Part shown: piece by piece, positions 12,151-22,000 of the stretch
How positions within the stretch are numbered: position 1 is the first letter of the stretch
How the letters are laid out: every line of letters starts with the position of its first letter
Origin: Candidatus Latescibacterota bacterium
Lineage (GTDB): Bacteria; Latescibacterota; UBA2968; UBA8231
Direction of reading: 5' to 3'
NCBI GenBank assembly: GCA_965206595.1
Contig: OZ242214.1
Span: 3,232,001 to 3,296,000, forward strand
Length of the DNA stretch: 64,000 nt
Made by a program: the position numbers and the translations under genes
The notes under the pieces: model-generated
Database searches by the model: none
What the model saw: only the letters and a program-made list of their open reading frames with translations
Told to the model about the DNA's origin: nothing

Positions 12151-15100
12151 ATGATTTATATTTTCGCCACAATGACCCTTCTAACCATTCTCATGGCAGA
12201 AATGGCAAAGGGGAGCACGAGCAATGACGAGCGATTAGCCAAGATGTTTTCTCCGATCCTGGTTCTGACGGAAGAAACCAGTACTGAATATGACGATACG
12301 GAACCTATCCGAGTAATTAAACCTGAACCGGTTGAAATCATGGGGGCCAACTCCGCGTCAAATATTTGGCTCTCGGCATACAACCTAGAACCAGATCATG
12401 TAGCCTCAGCCCTCATTAGTTCGGCAACCTTCCCTCCGGCCGACATAAATTCAAATTTTAGGCAATGGTATCCTAATGGGAAAGTAAATTTAGATGCAAA
12501 TAAATTTGGCTATTTAGACCATAGCAATTTGAAAATATACAGGGCCACGGGAGGACTGGTTCCAGGTAATTATTTGACCTATGCTTTTTTTAATTATCCA
12601 GGTGAAACCGCAGCTGAATGGAATCAAAATTATTTCGGTAACGGGATCCACGCCGGAGGGAATTTTCCCAACACCGCGTATGTGCATATCTACGAAAGAA
12701 ATATTGATGAGTACACTGCTGTATACGGCACCGTTACGGTTATCCAGTATTTCTATTTTTACCCATTTAATGATTGGTGGAATAACCACGAGGGAGACTG
12801 GCAGCGCATTGATGTTGTGGTCAGTTCCAGAGATCCAGACACTGCGGAATTTTTGGGTGTAGAGTATAGGTTTCATGAAGTATGGTTGAACTACTACAAG
12901 GATTATGGTGACAATCCGGGAATTACCGACAATTTCGTTTACAATGCGATTTTTCACACAAGACTTCAGGCAGGCACTCATCCTGTAGCCTATATAGGTG
13001 CGGGCTCGCACGCCGCCTACCCTATTTCTGGAGACATTGAATTTTTTGATCCTGCGGAGGTTATAACGGACCCAACGGGGGCGGAGGGAACGGAGGAAGT
13101 ATCTGGATCTGTAGATGTTTTGCCCAGTACGGGATCATGGGAATACATGAGTCATACGGGTTTAGTGCTCACCACCGAAGCGGACGCTTCCCACCCAGGT
13201 TTATGCGAAACCTATGACCTTGTGCATTTGCCAATACCTGATACTTCAAATACCGACAATGCGGGACTGAAACCAGCCATGAGTTGGCTGGGGGCCAAGA
13301 TTCGGTGGGGGACGCCGGTGGTCGATAGTCCCATTATTGCCGAAATTTTCGGAGGTAATTTAAGCCCACAGGATGGGCCTTACGACCGGTATTCCGATGG
13401 GTGGGGCAATCTCAAGATGTTTGGCGAAGTAGGTAAAATTGCTAAAGATCCCTTTTACCATAATGACCTGGTTGGTACCGGGTCCAATACACTAGATGTT
13501 ATTGAATTTCATCACTGGGCTATCCTCGGCGACGAGACCTGGAGCGGCTCGGTTGGCCTGTACGGCGACGTGGTGGTCTTTCCTGGCGCCGAGCTTACGA
13601 TACAGGCAGGGACCACGGTTACCTTTCCATCCCAAAGTGACCGCCATCAATTTAAGGAAGGAAGTCATAGTCTATCCGAGATTTTTGTGTATGGTACCTT
13701 GAAATCTGGAGGGACCAGCAGCAATCAAGTCGTTATCAGGGGCCCCGATCCCTCGGACAATGCGCAGCATTGGGGGGGCATCCGGATGATGGGGGAAGCC
13801 AGTTCCGAAATGGTGCCCCATACCCAAATTCGCAATGCGCCCGTACCCACCATTAGTCCCACTAATTTGACCGTCGTAGCAGCGGATGGCCAAGCCACCC
13901 TGCGGTGGGAAGAACCCTCCCTGTCTGATCCGAGCATAACGGGATGGGAATACCGCACGAAACCGGAAAGCGCTACGGAGTGGGGAGACTGGACGGGTGT
14001 GTCGGGTCGGGCTACGCGGGAGGCGATTGTCCCGAACCTGGCTTATGGAGTTCGACATCAATTTGAGGTGCGGGCGGTCAACACCACCCCCGGGGGCGGG
14101 CCTTCGTCGGATGTGGCGTCGGTAAGCCTGATGACGGTGGCATTCTCCGCGTCTAGCTACTCACTGATTGAAAGCGGCAACCCGGTGTTGCCGGGAGACG
14201 TTCGGGGCCAGGCTGAGGATCCGACGCAAGCGGCCCAGCAGGTGGAGGTCATCGTGGTAGTGACCCCGGCGACCGACCGGGCGCTGACGATCCCGGTGAC
14301 GGTGTCAAACGGCTCGGCGGAGGCGGGCGACTACCGGCAGGACCTTCCTGTGGGCGGTTTGAGCTTTGCGTCGGGTAAGGCTTCGGCTCGATTCACGATC
14401 ACGGCTGTATCTGACGATGATGTGGACGACGAGACGGTCCAGGTGGGTTTGGGAACACCGCTTCCGCCGGGGGTGCAAGCCGGCGATCCGGCCACGGCGA
14501 CGGTGACGTTGTACGATACGCCGTCGGCTCCGACGGTGACGGCCGAAGGCGGCGACGGGTCGGTGACGCTGAGCTGGGCGGCGGCGGGCAATCCGGGCAT
14601 AGAAGGATGGCAGTATCGGATACTCCCGGTCACGAGCCAGGGGGTGTGGAGCGATTGGAAGCCCATGAGGGGCAGCCTTTCGACGACGACGGAGCATACG
14701 GTGGACGGCCTGGACAACGAGGTGACGTATCGTTTCCAGGTGCGGGCGTACAATGCCCGAGGGTACGGGGATGAATCGACATCTGTGGATGCGACCCCGA
14801 CCTCGCCCGGGGCCCCGACGGCCCCGACGGCCCCGCGGTCCCTGACGGCTCGGGCGGGGAACGAACAGGTGAGCCTGTCCTGGGAGACTCCCGACGACAA
14901 CGGCTCGACGCTGACGGGGTGGGAGTATCGGCGCAGCACGGACGGGGGGACCACCTGGGACCCGGACTGGGAGGCGATTCCCCTTCCTCCCGGCACGGTC
15001 GCGGCCGACCTCGAGGAGCATACGGTCGAGGGGCTTACCCACGGTCAGGCGTACACCTTCGAGGTGCGTGCGATCAACGCCGTAGGGGATGGGGCCGCCT

Positions 15101-16845
15101 CGCGGGTGTCTCTGCCGGCGGCGCCGGGGAATTTCCGTGCGCGATGGGTTCTCGAGGGGGCCGATGCTTTTGGGCACCACGAGGCGAAGCTGAGTTGGAC
15201 CGATCCGGCTGACCCCAGCCTCAGCTGGGAATACCGGAAGAAGGAGGGCACCTCGGATTGGGAAACTGCCTGGGCCACGGTGTCCGACGAGGATCCGACG
15301 GGCGTCTCGGTTACGCAGACGGTGGACGGCCTTGACATCACGCAGCCGTACCGGTTCCAGGTGCGGGTCCGTCAACCTGCGGGTTGGCCGGCGGAGGCGG
15401 GGCTGTCCCCGTTGCCGGTTTTTACGCAGCCGCTGTCGGTGCGGGCCCAAAGCGTGGCCGGCAAGGCGCAATTCGATCTGGGGTTTGTCCCCCCGGTGGG
15501 GGGTCCGGACCTGCCGGATGGTTCGCAACAGGTTTCGTCGGCCAACCTCCGATATCAGTTGGTGACCATCCAGGCGAATGGCCAGAAGACGACGAGCGGT
15601 TTCGTCGGTCTGGGCACTTTACCTCAGCTACTTCCTGCGGAGGCGGTAGCGACTTATTCCGCTCCGGCCGGGTCGGTTGGCGGCGCGTCGGAGGCTCAAG
15701 CCGCCGCCTTTCAGGTGGTGGCTACCCTCCTGATTACGGGTCTGGACCCGGGTGTGACCTACCAAATCAAGGTGCGCCTGCTCGATTCCTCCGGGTCGAC
15801 GATATCGGAATCGACGTTGGGTTCGCTGCTGGGTCTTCGGGTGCAGTGGTCCACGGCCGGTTCGGTGGTGCTGAGCTGGAACCGAAGGACCGACCCGGGC
15901 CTCACGGGCTGGCAGTATCGTCAGCAGGCCGGCAGCGGGTCGTGGGGTGACTGGCAGAGCGTGCCCAACAGCACGGCGTCGACGACGAGTCATACGGTGT
16001 CCAGCCTTACCGAGACGGAGACCTACCGGTTCCAGGTGCGGGCGCTGGTGCCGGGGGGTCCGTTGGCCGAATCGTTCACGGTGTCGGCGGCTCCGAAGCC
16101 TTTGGTAGCGCCGGGTAACCTGCATGCGGAACCCGGTCACGCGTCGATGACGTTGCGTTGGGACGACGCGAACAATGCCCGCCTCACCGGGTGGCAGTAT
16201 CGGCAGCGGCAGGCCGGAGAGGATTGGGGAGCGTGGCAGCCGATCCCGGGCAGCACGGCGTCGACGACCTCGTATACGGTTACGGACCTGACCAACGGGG
16301 TGAGCTACCGTTTCCGGGTGCGGGCGTTGGCCGGGTCCCAGCAGGGTCCCTTCGGGAAGTCGGTGGGAGGGCCGCCCAACGGCTTGCGGGCCCAGGCGTT
16401 GAACGGCTCGGTGGAGCTGGTCTGGGCGGACCCGTCCGATTCCCGAATCGCGGGGTGGCAGTATCGGGTGCGCGAGGGTCAGGACAGGTGGAGTGGGTGG
16501 CAGCCGGTCCCGGGCAGCACGGCGTCGACGACCTCGTATACGGTGCCGGACCTGACCAACGGGGTGAATCACCGGTTCCGGGTTCGGGGGGTGGCCTCGA
16601 ATGGCGGGGTGGTGTTGACCTGGCCGATGGTGGAGACGAGTCCGGATGGGTCGCTTGCGGTCCCGCCGCCGGTCCCGGTGACCAACGGTCCGCCGGAGAT
16701 CACGAGCGGTCCTTCAGTGGTATCGTTCGACGAGAACGTCGACGGCGTGGTGGCCGGCGACCAGCCCTCTAAGAAGACTTGGGGGCAGGTCAAAGCACAG
16801 CAACTAAAATCACATCACAACCAAAATCGCGGAGGTGACGCATGA
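12151..16845 (+). CDS. Head-stalk gene copy 2: Vps62-like head, beta-rich spacer, Calx-beta-like and FN3 repeats, TWGQVK tail (1564 aa)
   Basis: Signal peptide; QYFYFYPFNDWWNNHEGDWQRIDV and PVAYIGAGSHAAYP motifs; many FN3 units (L.W...W.YR...V.GL.NG..Y.F.VRA); only uninterrupted copy. Confidence 0.85.
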   Translation: MIYIFATMTLLTILMAEMAKGSTSNDERLAKMFSPILVLTEETSTEYDDTEPIRVIKPEPVEIMGANSASNIWLSAYNLEPDHVASALISSATFPPADINSNFRQWYPNGKVNLDANKFGYLDHSNLKIYRATGGLVPGNYLTYAFFNYPGETAAEWNQNYFGNGIHAGGNFPNTAYVHIYERNIDEYTAVYGTVTVIQYFYFYPFNDWWNNHEGDWQRIDVVVSSRDPDTAEFLGVEYRFHEVWLNYYKDYGDNPGITDNFVYNAIFHTRLQAGTHPVAYIGAGSHAAYPISGDIEFFDPAEVITDPTGAEGTEEVSGSVDVLPSTGSWEYMSHTGLVLTTEADASHPGLCETYDLVHLPIPDTSNTDNAGLKPAMSWLGAKIRWGTPVVDSPIIAEIFGGNLSPQDGPYDRYSDGWGNLKMFGEVGKIAKDPFYHNDLVGTGSNTLDVIEFHHWAILGDETWSGSVGLYGDVVVFPGAELTIQAGTTVTFPSQSDRHQFKEGSHSLSEIFVYGTLKSGGTSSNQVVIRGPDPSDNAQHWGGIRMMGEASSEMVPHTQIRNAPVPTISPTNLTVVAADGQATLRWEEPSLSDPSITGWEYRTKPESATEWGDWTGVSGRATREAIVPNLAYGVRHQFEVRAVNTTPGGGPSSDVASVSLMTVAFSASSYSLIESGNPVLPGDVRGQAEDPTQAAQQVEVIVVVTPATDRALTIPVTVSNGSAEAGDYRQDLPVGGLSFASGKASARFTITAVSDDDVDDETVQVGLGTPLPPGVQAGDPATATVTLYDTPSAPTVTAEGGDGSVTLSWAAAGNPGIEGWQYRILPVTSQGVWSDWKPMRGSLSTTTEHTVDGLDNEVTYRFQVRAYNARGYGDESTSVDATPTSPGAPTAPTAPRSLTARAGNEQVSLSWETPDDNGSTLTGWEYRRSTDGGTTWDPDWEAIPLPPGTVAADLEEHTVEGLTHGQAYTFEVRAINAVGDGAASRVSLPAAPGNFRARWVLEGADAFGHHEAKLSWTDPADPSLSWEYRKKEGTSDWETAWATVSDEDPTGVSVTQTVDGLDITQPYRFQVRVRQPAGWPAEAGLSPLPVFTQPLSVRAQSVAGKAQFDLGFVPPVGGPDLPDGSQQVSSANLRYQLVTIQANGQKTTSGFVGLGTLPQLLPAEAVATYSAPAGSVGGASEAQAAAFQVVATLLITGLDPGVTYQIKVRLLDSSGSTISESTLGSLLGLRVQWSTAGSVVLSWNRRTDPGLTGWQYRQQAGSGSWGDWQSVPNSTASTTSHTVSSLTETETYRFQVRALVPGGPLAESFTVSAAPKPLVAPGNLHAEPGHASMTLRWDDANNARLTGWQYRQRQAGEDWGAWQPIPGSTASTTSYTVTDLTNGVSYRFRVRALAGSQQGPFGKSVGGPPNGLRAQALNGSVELVWADPSDSRIAGWQYRVREGQDRWSGWQPVPGSTASTTSYTVPDLTNGVNHRFRVRGVASNGGVVLTWPMVETSPDGSLAVPPPVPVTNGPPEITSGPSVVSFDENVDGVVAGDQPSKKTWGQVKAQQLKSHHNQNRGGDA

Positions 16846-16869
16846 AAGCGCTCGTACTACTTCTCGCAT
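16772..16869 (+). repeat. Gene-junction repeat (TWGQVK tail + RBS + MKALVLLLA start)
   Basis: Near-identical to about 26646-26739; TWGQVK-coding part also at about 17715 and 27680. Confidence 0.85.
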
Positions 16870-17750
16870 CTGTCATGTGCTTCGGCGGAATGCCGGCCGG
16901 AGCTCAGGAGGAGGGAATTAAGGTCTATGTAAACCTTGAAGAGGGGGCGATCTACAAAAGCAATCTGGACGGGAGCGGAGAACAGCGCCTCGTCGAGGGC
17001 TGGGGGCCTGACCTATCCCCGGACCAAAGACACGTGGCTTTCACCAGAAACAAGAGTTTGTACCTGTTTGATCTCCAGACAATGAAAGAGAAGATCCTGG
17101 TGGAGATTGATACAGGTAGGCCCGCCGTCGAACCCGTATGGCATCCCAGAGGTAGCACCATCTTTTTCAATAGGGCAGGTGTGTTTCTTTCTGACATCTA
17201 TGCAATAAAGAAGGACGGCACAAACCTTCGTTTGGTCGTACCCGGTGGAGGGTATTACGACTTCCTATCCTGGCCGGGTCCTTTTTCTCCCGACGGTGGC
17301 CATTTGCTGTATACCAACTGCCATGACGACTGCGAATCCCTGCGAGTCGTTGACATCGACACCGGTAACCGGACGGAATTGTCGGGGCGCACGAGCTACG
17401 GTGCCTGGGCGCCCAATGGTCGCCATATCGCCTTTGGCGATGCCCGGGGGCCGGGGCTTTTTGTCGCCGATCCCGGCGGCGCGCAGGTGCAGACGGTCCT
17501 GGAAGATGTCCAGGTCGGCGATCTTTCCTGGTCACCTGACAGCACGCGGATAGCCTACACCCAGAAGGGTGGTTCCGGGGCGACGGGCGCCTCGGGGGGC
17601 ATCTACGAGGTGAGACTGGATGGCACGGGCCTGCGGTCTCGGGATGCCCACTTCGACAAGTGGGAGTATTCGCTCGATTCCACTTCCACCGTCGTCGCCC
17701 CCCAGACCCTTGAGAGGACCTGGGGCCAGGTCAAAAACGAACAGCAGTAA
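16842..17750 (+). CDS. TolB-like (PD40) beta-propeller secreted protein, paralog 1
   Basis: Signal peptide; LSPD, WHPRG, FSPDG, WAPNG, WSPDS blades; ends RTWGQVKNEQQ; ATGA overlap with upstream gene. Confidence 0.85.
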   Translation: MKALVLLLASVMCFGGMPAGAQEEGIKVYVNLEEGAIYKSNLDGSGEQRLVEGWGPDLSPDQRHVAFTRNKSLYLFDLQTMKEKILVEIDTGRPAVEPVWHPRGSTIFFNRAGVFLSDIYAIKKDGTNLRLVVPGGGYYDFLSWPGPFSPDGGHLLYTNCHDDCESLRVVDIDTGNRTELSGRTSYGAWAPNGRHIAFGDARGPGLFVADPGGAQVQTVLEDVQVGDLSWSPDSTRIAYTQKGGSGATGASGGIYEVRLDGTGLRSRDAHFDKWEYSLDSTSTVVAPQTLERTWGQVKNEQQ

Positions 17751-17806
17751 AAACTCCAACCTGAGCGGTCGGGTACATCCTTTACAGAAAAGTCCGGCAA
17801 CATGGT

Positions 17807-18988
17807 TTACAGTTTCCGGCGAGCGGCTTTACCCAAAGCGTCGGTGATGGTGAGCTGTCGTTCGTCCAAGCGACCCAGTCTAAGGGGACCGAACCACACC
17901 TCCCAGACCCCGTCGTCAATGGGTTCCAAGCCGATGGGTTGTTGACGCAACGCGGTACTGACGGCTACTCGATGGGTCTTCCATCGGATGCCTCCGTTGC
18001 CACTGACCCGACGTACCTCCCGGTGCACGGGGTAGTGTAGGGGCGGCAGTTTTCTGGGGAAAGGACGGGGCGAGGGTTGGTAGAACTCGATCGGAGGTCG
18101 TTGGTCCAAGGCCTCGTGGGGTCGTACCTGGTTGTATTCGTTACGGAAGCGGGTAAAGCGGTATTGCTGTCCGAAGCGGGACGCAGCGGGGGGAATCGTC
18201 GCCTCCGACTTGAGCGTGCCATGCATGCGTTCGTGGCGCCCATTCTGCTGCGGGCAGCCGGGCTGGATGCGCTCGGGCACGATGCCGAGCCGAATCCACC
18301 AGACCGACAGCTGGGAGAGCCGTCCCAGCGCCTGGGAGGAGGCGAAGGGGGCGCCGTTGTCGGTGCGGATGATGCGGGGCAGGCCATACTCTCGGAAGAG
18401 CCGGTGGAAGACCGGCCGGCTCAGCGGTCCCTGGGGCGCTGTGAGGGCTTGGCACCCCAGCAGGAAGCGGCTGTAGCCGTCGACGACGGTCAGCGGGTAG
18501 CAGTAGCGGCCATCCAGGGTCTTGAACTGCCCCTTGAAGTCGGCGGTCCAGACGTGATTGGGCTCGCTCAGGGGAGTCTGGGGCGGCCCCGCAGGGCCCG
18601 GCCGGCGCCGCGTCCGCGGCGTCGGCACCAGGCCATGGCGTTTGAGGATATCGCAGACAGTGGTGCGTGCCGGCCAGGGGCGATGCGGCTGCGACCGCCA
18701 GAGGAGCGCCAACAGCTTCTTGGCACCCCAGGTCGGGTGTCTGTGGCGCGCCTCGAGAATCGCCTCTACGAGGTCGGACGGCGTAGCGTGCGGGCAACGG
18801 ACCGGTCTACGCGACGCCTCCATCAAGCCGGCCGCGCCTGCGTCGACATACCGCTGCACCCACTTGTAGCCGGTGGGACGGCTGATGCCGTAGCGACGGC
18901 ACAGGTCGGAAAAGGGGAAGTAGTCCTCGAGGTAATCGGCGATGAAGTGCATTCGTTGGTCCATGGCTGAGGTTTCGTTCCAGGGCAT
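17807..18988 (-). CDS. IS481-family transposase (rve integrase core)
   Basis: MPWNETSAMDQR, LCRRYGISRPTGYKW, WTADFKGQF, IRTDNGAPF, QNGRHERMH, YNQVRPHEAL. Confidence 0.93.
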   Translation of the reverse strand: MPWNETSAMDQRMHFIADYLEDYFPFSDLCRRYGISRPTGYKWVQRYVDAGAAGLMEASRRPVRCPHATPSDLVEAILEARHRHPTWGAKKLLALLWRSQPHRPWPARTTVCDILKRHGLVPTPRTRRRPGPAGPPQTPLSEPNHVWTADFKGQFKTLDGRYCYPLTVVDGYSRFLLGCQALTAPQGPLSRPVFHRLFREYGLPRIIRTDNGAPFASSQALGRLSQLSVWWIRLGIVPERIQPGCPQQNGRHERMHGTLKSEATIPPAASRFGQQYRFTRFRNEYNQVRPHEALDQRPPIEFYQPSPRPFPRKLPPLHYPVHREVRRVSGNGGIRWKTHRVAVSTALRQQPIGLEPIDDGVWEVWFGPLRLGRLDERQLTITDALGKAARRKL

Positions 18989-19066
18989 GTGAGCATGCTC
19001 CTTGAGATGCTCAAAGGTGGGCGAAACTGTAAGCCATGTACCTGGACTGATCTGTAAACCATGTAC

Positions 19067-20447
19067 CTGGACTTTTGCAAAAGGCAGAATTCCTGGATAA
19101 TCGGTCAAGGATTAGAGGGTAGCACGAATTCGATGGAACTTGGTATGTTTGGTAGGACGAAGGCATCCCCGGCCTCGGTTTCCCCTGGCCATGAGAGAGG
19201 TTGTTCATGCCAGGTATTGTTGATTTTCCCACGGTGGTTGAAGAAGCGGTGGCCGAGTTCGGCGGCCTCTTCGCCAACGCCCCGGAGCGCCGTCACTTTG
19301 GCGAGTATCTAACCGGGTTGATGGTGGCCGAACGCAAAAATGTATCGGCGATCAACGCCGAGTTCGTCGAGACCACCGATCAGTCCTGCCTGAACCGCTG
19401 GATTACGCAGGTGCGGTGGGACGGAAAATGGCTCAACGAACATCGCCTGGAATGGTTGCAGGAGCACCCTTCGACGCGCTATTCAGGGCGCGGGGTGATC
19501 GCCATCGACAACACCTTGGTCGGCCACAGCGGAGAAAAGATCGAGGATGTGGGGTGGTTTTGGGATCACTCGGACAAGCGCCATATGATTGCGCACGACT
19601 ACGTCATCGCCAACTACGTGTGCACCTCGGGGAAATACTATCCGTTGGAATTCCGTCGCTTTCGCAAGGGCCGGGAAGGGGAGACGGACCCCTCCTTCAA
19701 GAGCCATACCGAGCTGTTCAAAGAGCTGGTGGACTGGGTCGTGTTCCGACAGATCCCGGGCGATTTCGCCTTCGACTGCTACTTCAGCAGTGTCGAGTGT
19801 CTCGATCACCTCCATAGTCATGAGCGCGGCTACGTAGGAGCCCTGAAGAGCAACCGCAAGGTCGAGTTCAAGGGCGGCCTGATGAAGGCCGCGGAAGTGG
19901 CTGCGAATATCCCGCCCGAGGATCGCAAACAGGTCAGCATCGGCAAGCGCAAACAATGGTATTTCACCAAAACCCTGAGTCTGCCCAAGCTCGAGCACCG
20001 GGTTCGCCTGGTGATCCTGTGGGATCGCAAGAACGGCAGGGAAGCGGTCAAGTTTCTACTCACCAATCGCGTGCACTGGGAGATCGCTCGTATACTGAAC
20101 GTCTATCGCAAACGCTGGACAGGCACCGAGACCTTTCATCGGGACGGCAAGCACCATCTGGGCATGGGAGACTGTCAGTTACAAAAGCGGCGAGGGCCAG
20201 ACCCGGCATAGGTACCTCGTGATGCTGACGCACAGTCTGCTCATGGCACGGATGCGGCAGGGCCGTGCGCGTGACTGGGCTCATACCGTGCTGACGACCA
20301 TTGGCGAAGCCTGTCGAGCCGTGTCGCGAGAGACGCTCAGCAAAACCATCTCCTGGGTAGTGGACCAAGCCTCAATAGGGTGGACAGAGCAGCGAATTGT
20401 CGCACATCTCAAACTTTAGTAAAAAAGCGGAGTTTGCAAAAGTCCAG
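19067..20447 (+). mobile_element. IS701/ISH3-like element copy 1 (transposase 19201-20419, frameshift near 20185)
   Basis: Inverted repeats CTGGACTTTTGCAAA; 6-bp duplication ATGTAC at 19061-19066 and 20448-20453; near-identical to 35288-36667. Confidence 0.9.
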
Positions 20448-20515
20448 ATGTACCTGGACCGTACCCGCAACTTCAAGACTTCCGAAACCAAAAAAACAGT
20501 GAATGGAGGGACACA

Positions 20516-21907
20516 ATGCGACTATGGCACCTCATGTTCATACTGGTTTTCCTGGCTGGCCATCTCCCCCGGGTTGGAACGACCCTGTTGGCCTTGTTTT
20601 TTGGATATGTAGCCGCTGTTGCGGAACATGAAATGGGCGAGCCGGATTCTTTCGAGTTAGGGCTCAACCCGTCTGATTTTCTTCCTTTGGAAGTGGGCAA
20701 CCGATGGACATTTACTCATGAGTATTTGAACGACATGTATGGGTATGACCCGCCTGATAACATGGATGAAGAAACAAAAGCATATCTAAGGGAATTCGAG
20801 GTGCCTGGATATCCGTTTGAAGAGGAGAGCAATCACCCGCCCAACTCCCTGACCCATTCGGAGCCGGCTGACCTTACCGTTGAAATCACCCATACGGAGT
20901 GGATTTCCGGAGAAGATTATTTCGTTTTCAGCGAACCATCGTATTCCTGGCCACCGCTGCCCAAAGGTTTTTTGGCCGGAAAGAAGGTGCGCTGGTTGGA
21001 GGGTATCCTGGTCTTCAACGAAGAGGGGTCAGATGTCCCCTTGTATGATTTTAGCACATCGTCGGAGAGGTACGAGTATGAAGTGGCCCCGGCCATTGGG
21101 CTCCTCCCCGTAAGGGTGTGGATTGTCCGGAGGATGACCGATAGCCTCACCTTTATCCCGAACCTTCGGGATCACCTGGACATCCTGATAACACCAGCCA
21201 ATCAGGGTCAGGTTTTGGAAGTTGAATTTCGTCTCAATTCTCCACTTCTGAATGAGGACTGGAAGGTTCTGTTCGTAAAAGGGTATGGGCTCGGACAATG
21301 GGAGCAAAAAGTCTACGGTCTTCATTATTCCGAACACTATTCCAACGTTCTCAAACCTGTCTCGGTTTTACTCTCGGGAAAACAGGCGTCCTATGAAGAA
21401 GCGACGAGGGAACTTGTAACCCTGATGGAACCCGAACTTCCCCCGATAGTGGGACAACGCGACACCTTATACTCCCTCGGAGGATTTGATTTCAGCAAAG
21501 GACAAAAACTGAATCCAAAGTGGTTATTCGATGAAGAGAACGACGACATTGAGTTTTGGCAACGAATAGATCCCAATGACGGGCTCTCTCTGGAGCCTGA
21601 AAAATTGGTATCCCTTACAGGTCTTGCCGATCTGGGGAGAGTGGATTTCACCGGTTTGGTCTCCACGGGTCCCCCCGATCTTCAGAAAGACCCTCGTCCC
21701 TGGTCGGTTATACCCCAGGAGTTGAATACCTATGCGTTTTGGACCCAGGAAGGAGGGATTGCTCTGATGAATGTCCTGGATGTAGTCCGCTCCCGGATTG
21801 GCAGTGGCATCTATATAGTGTTCGACTGGGTTTACTATCCTCCTTCGGAGGATTCTACTATTATCCAGTCTTTATCGTGGGGAGAACTGAAAAATCTTCT
21901 GCGTTAG
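20516..21907 (+). CDS. Secreted 'PLEVGN' family protein, paralog 2
   Basis: DFLPLEVGNRWTFTHEY...FDWVYYPPS...LSWGELK; GGAGG RBS. Confidence 0.85.
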   Translation: MRLWHLMFILVFLAGHLPRVGTTLLALFFGYVAAVAEHEMGEPDSFELGLNPSDFLPLEVGNRWTFTHEYLNDMYGYDPPDNMDEETKAYLREFEVPGYPFEEESNHPPNSLTHSEPADLTVEITHTEWISGEDYFVFSEPSYSWPPLPKGFLAGKKVRWLEGILVFNEEGSDVPLYDFSTSSERYEYEVAPAIGLLPVRVWIVRRMTDSLTFIPNLRDHLDILITPANQGQVLEVEFRLNSPLLNEDWKVLFVKGYGLGQWEQKVYGLHYSEHYSNVLKPVSVLLSGKQASYEEATRELVTLMEPELPPIVGQRDTLYSLGGFDFSKGQKLNPKWLFDEENDDIEFWQRIDPNDGLSLEPEKLVSLTGLADLGRVDFTGLVSTGPPDLQKDPRPWSVIPQELNTYAFWTQEGGIALMNVLDVVRSRIGSGIYIVFDWVYYPPSEDSTIIQSLSWGELKNLLR

Positions 21908-22000
21908 GAGAGAAGTAGTTGCCTATCTATCTACACAACACCTCCCCAAGGGTACCCCCTTGTGGGCTCGTGCTAGCCTTTTTCAAATGGAGGAACGCTC

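Larger units (their letters stand above)
17762..20466 (-). mobile_element. IS481-family element with an IS701-like element nested in one end
   Basis: Inverted ends with tandem TGTAAACCATGT-like boxes (17762-17813 versus 19026-19066 plus 20454-20466); exact termini approximate. Confidence 0.75.
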
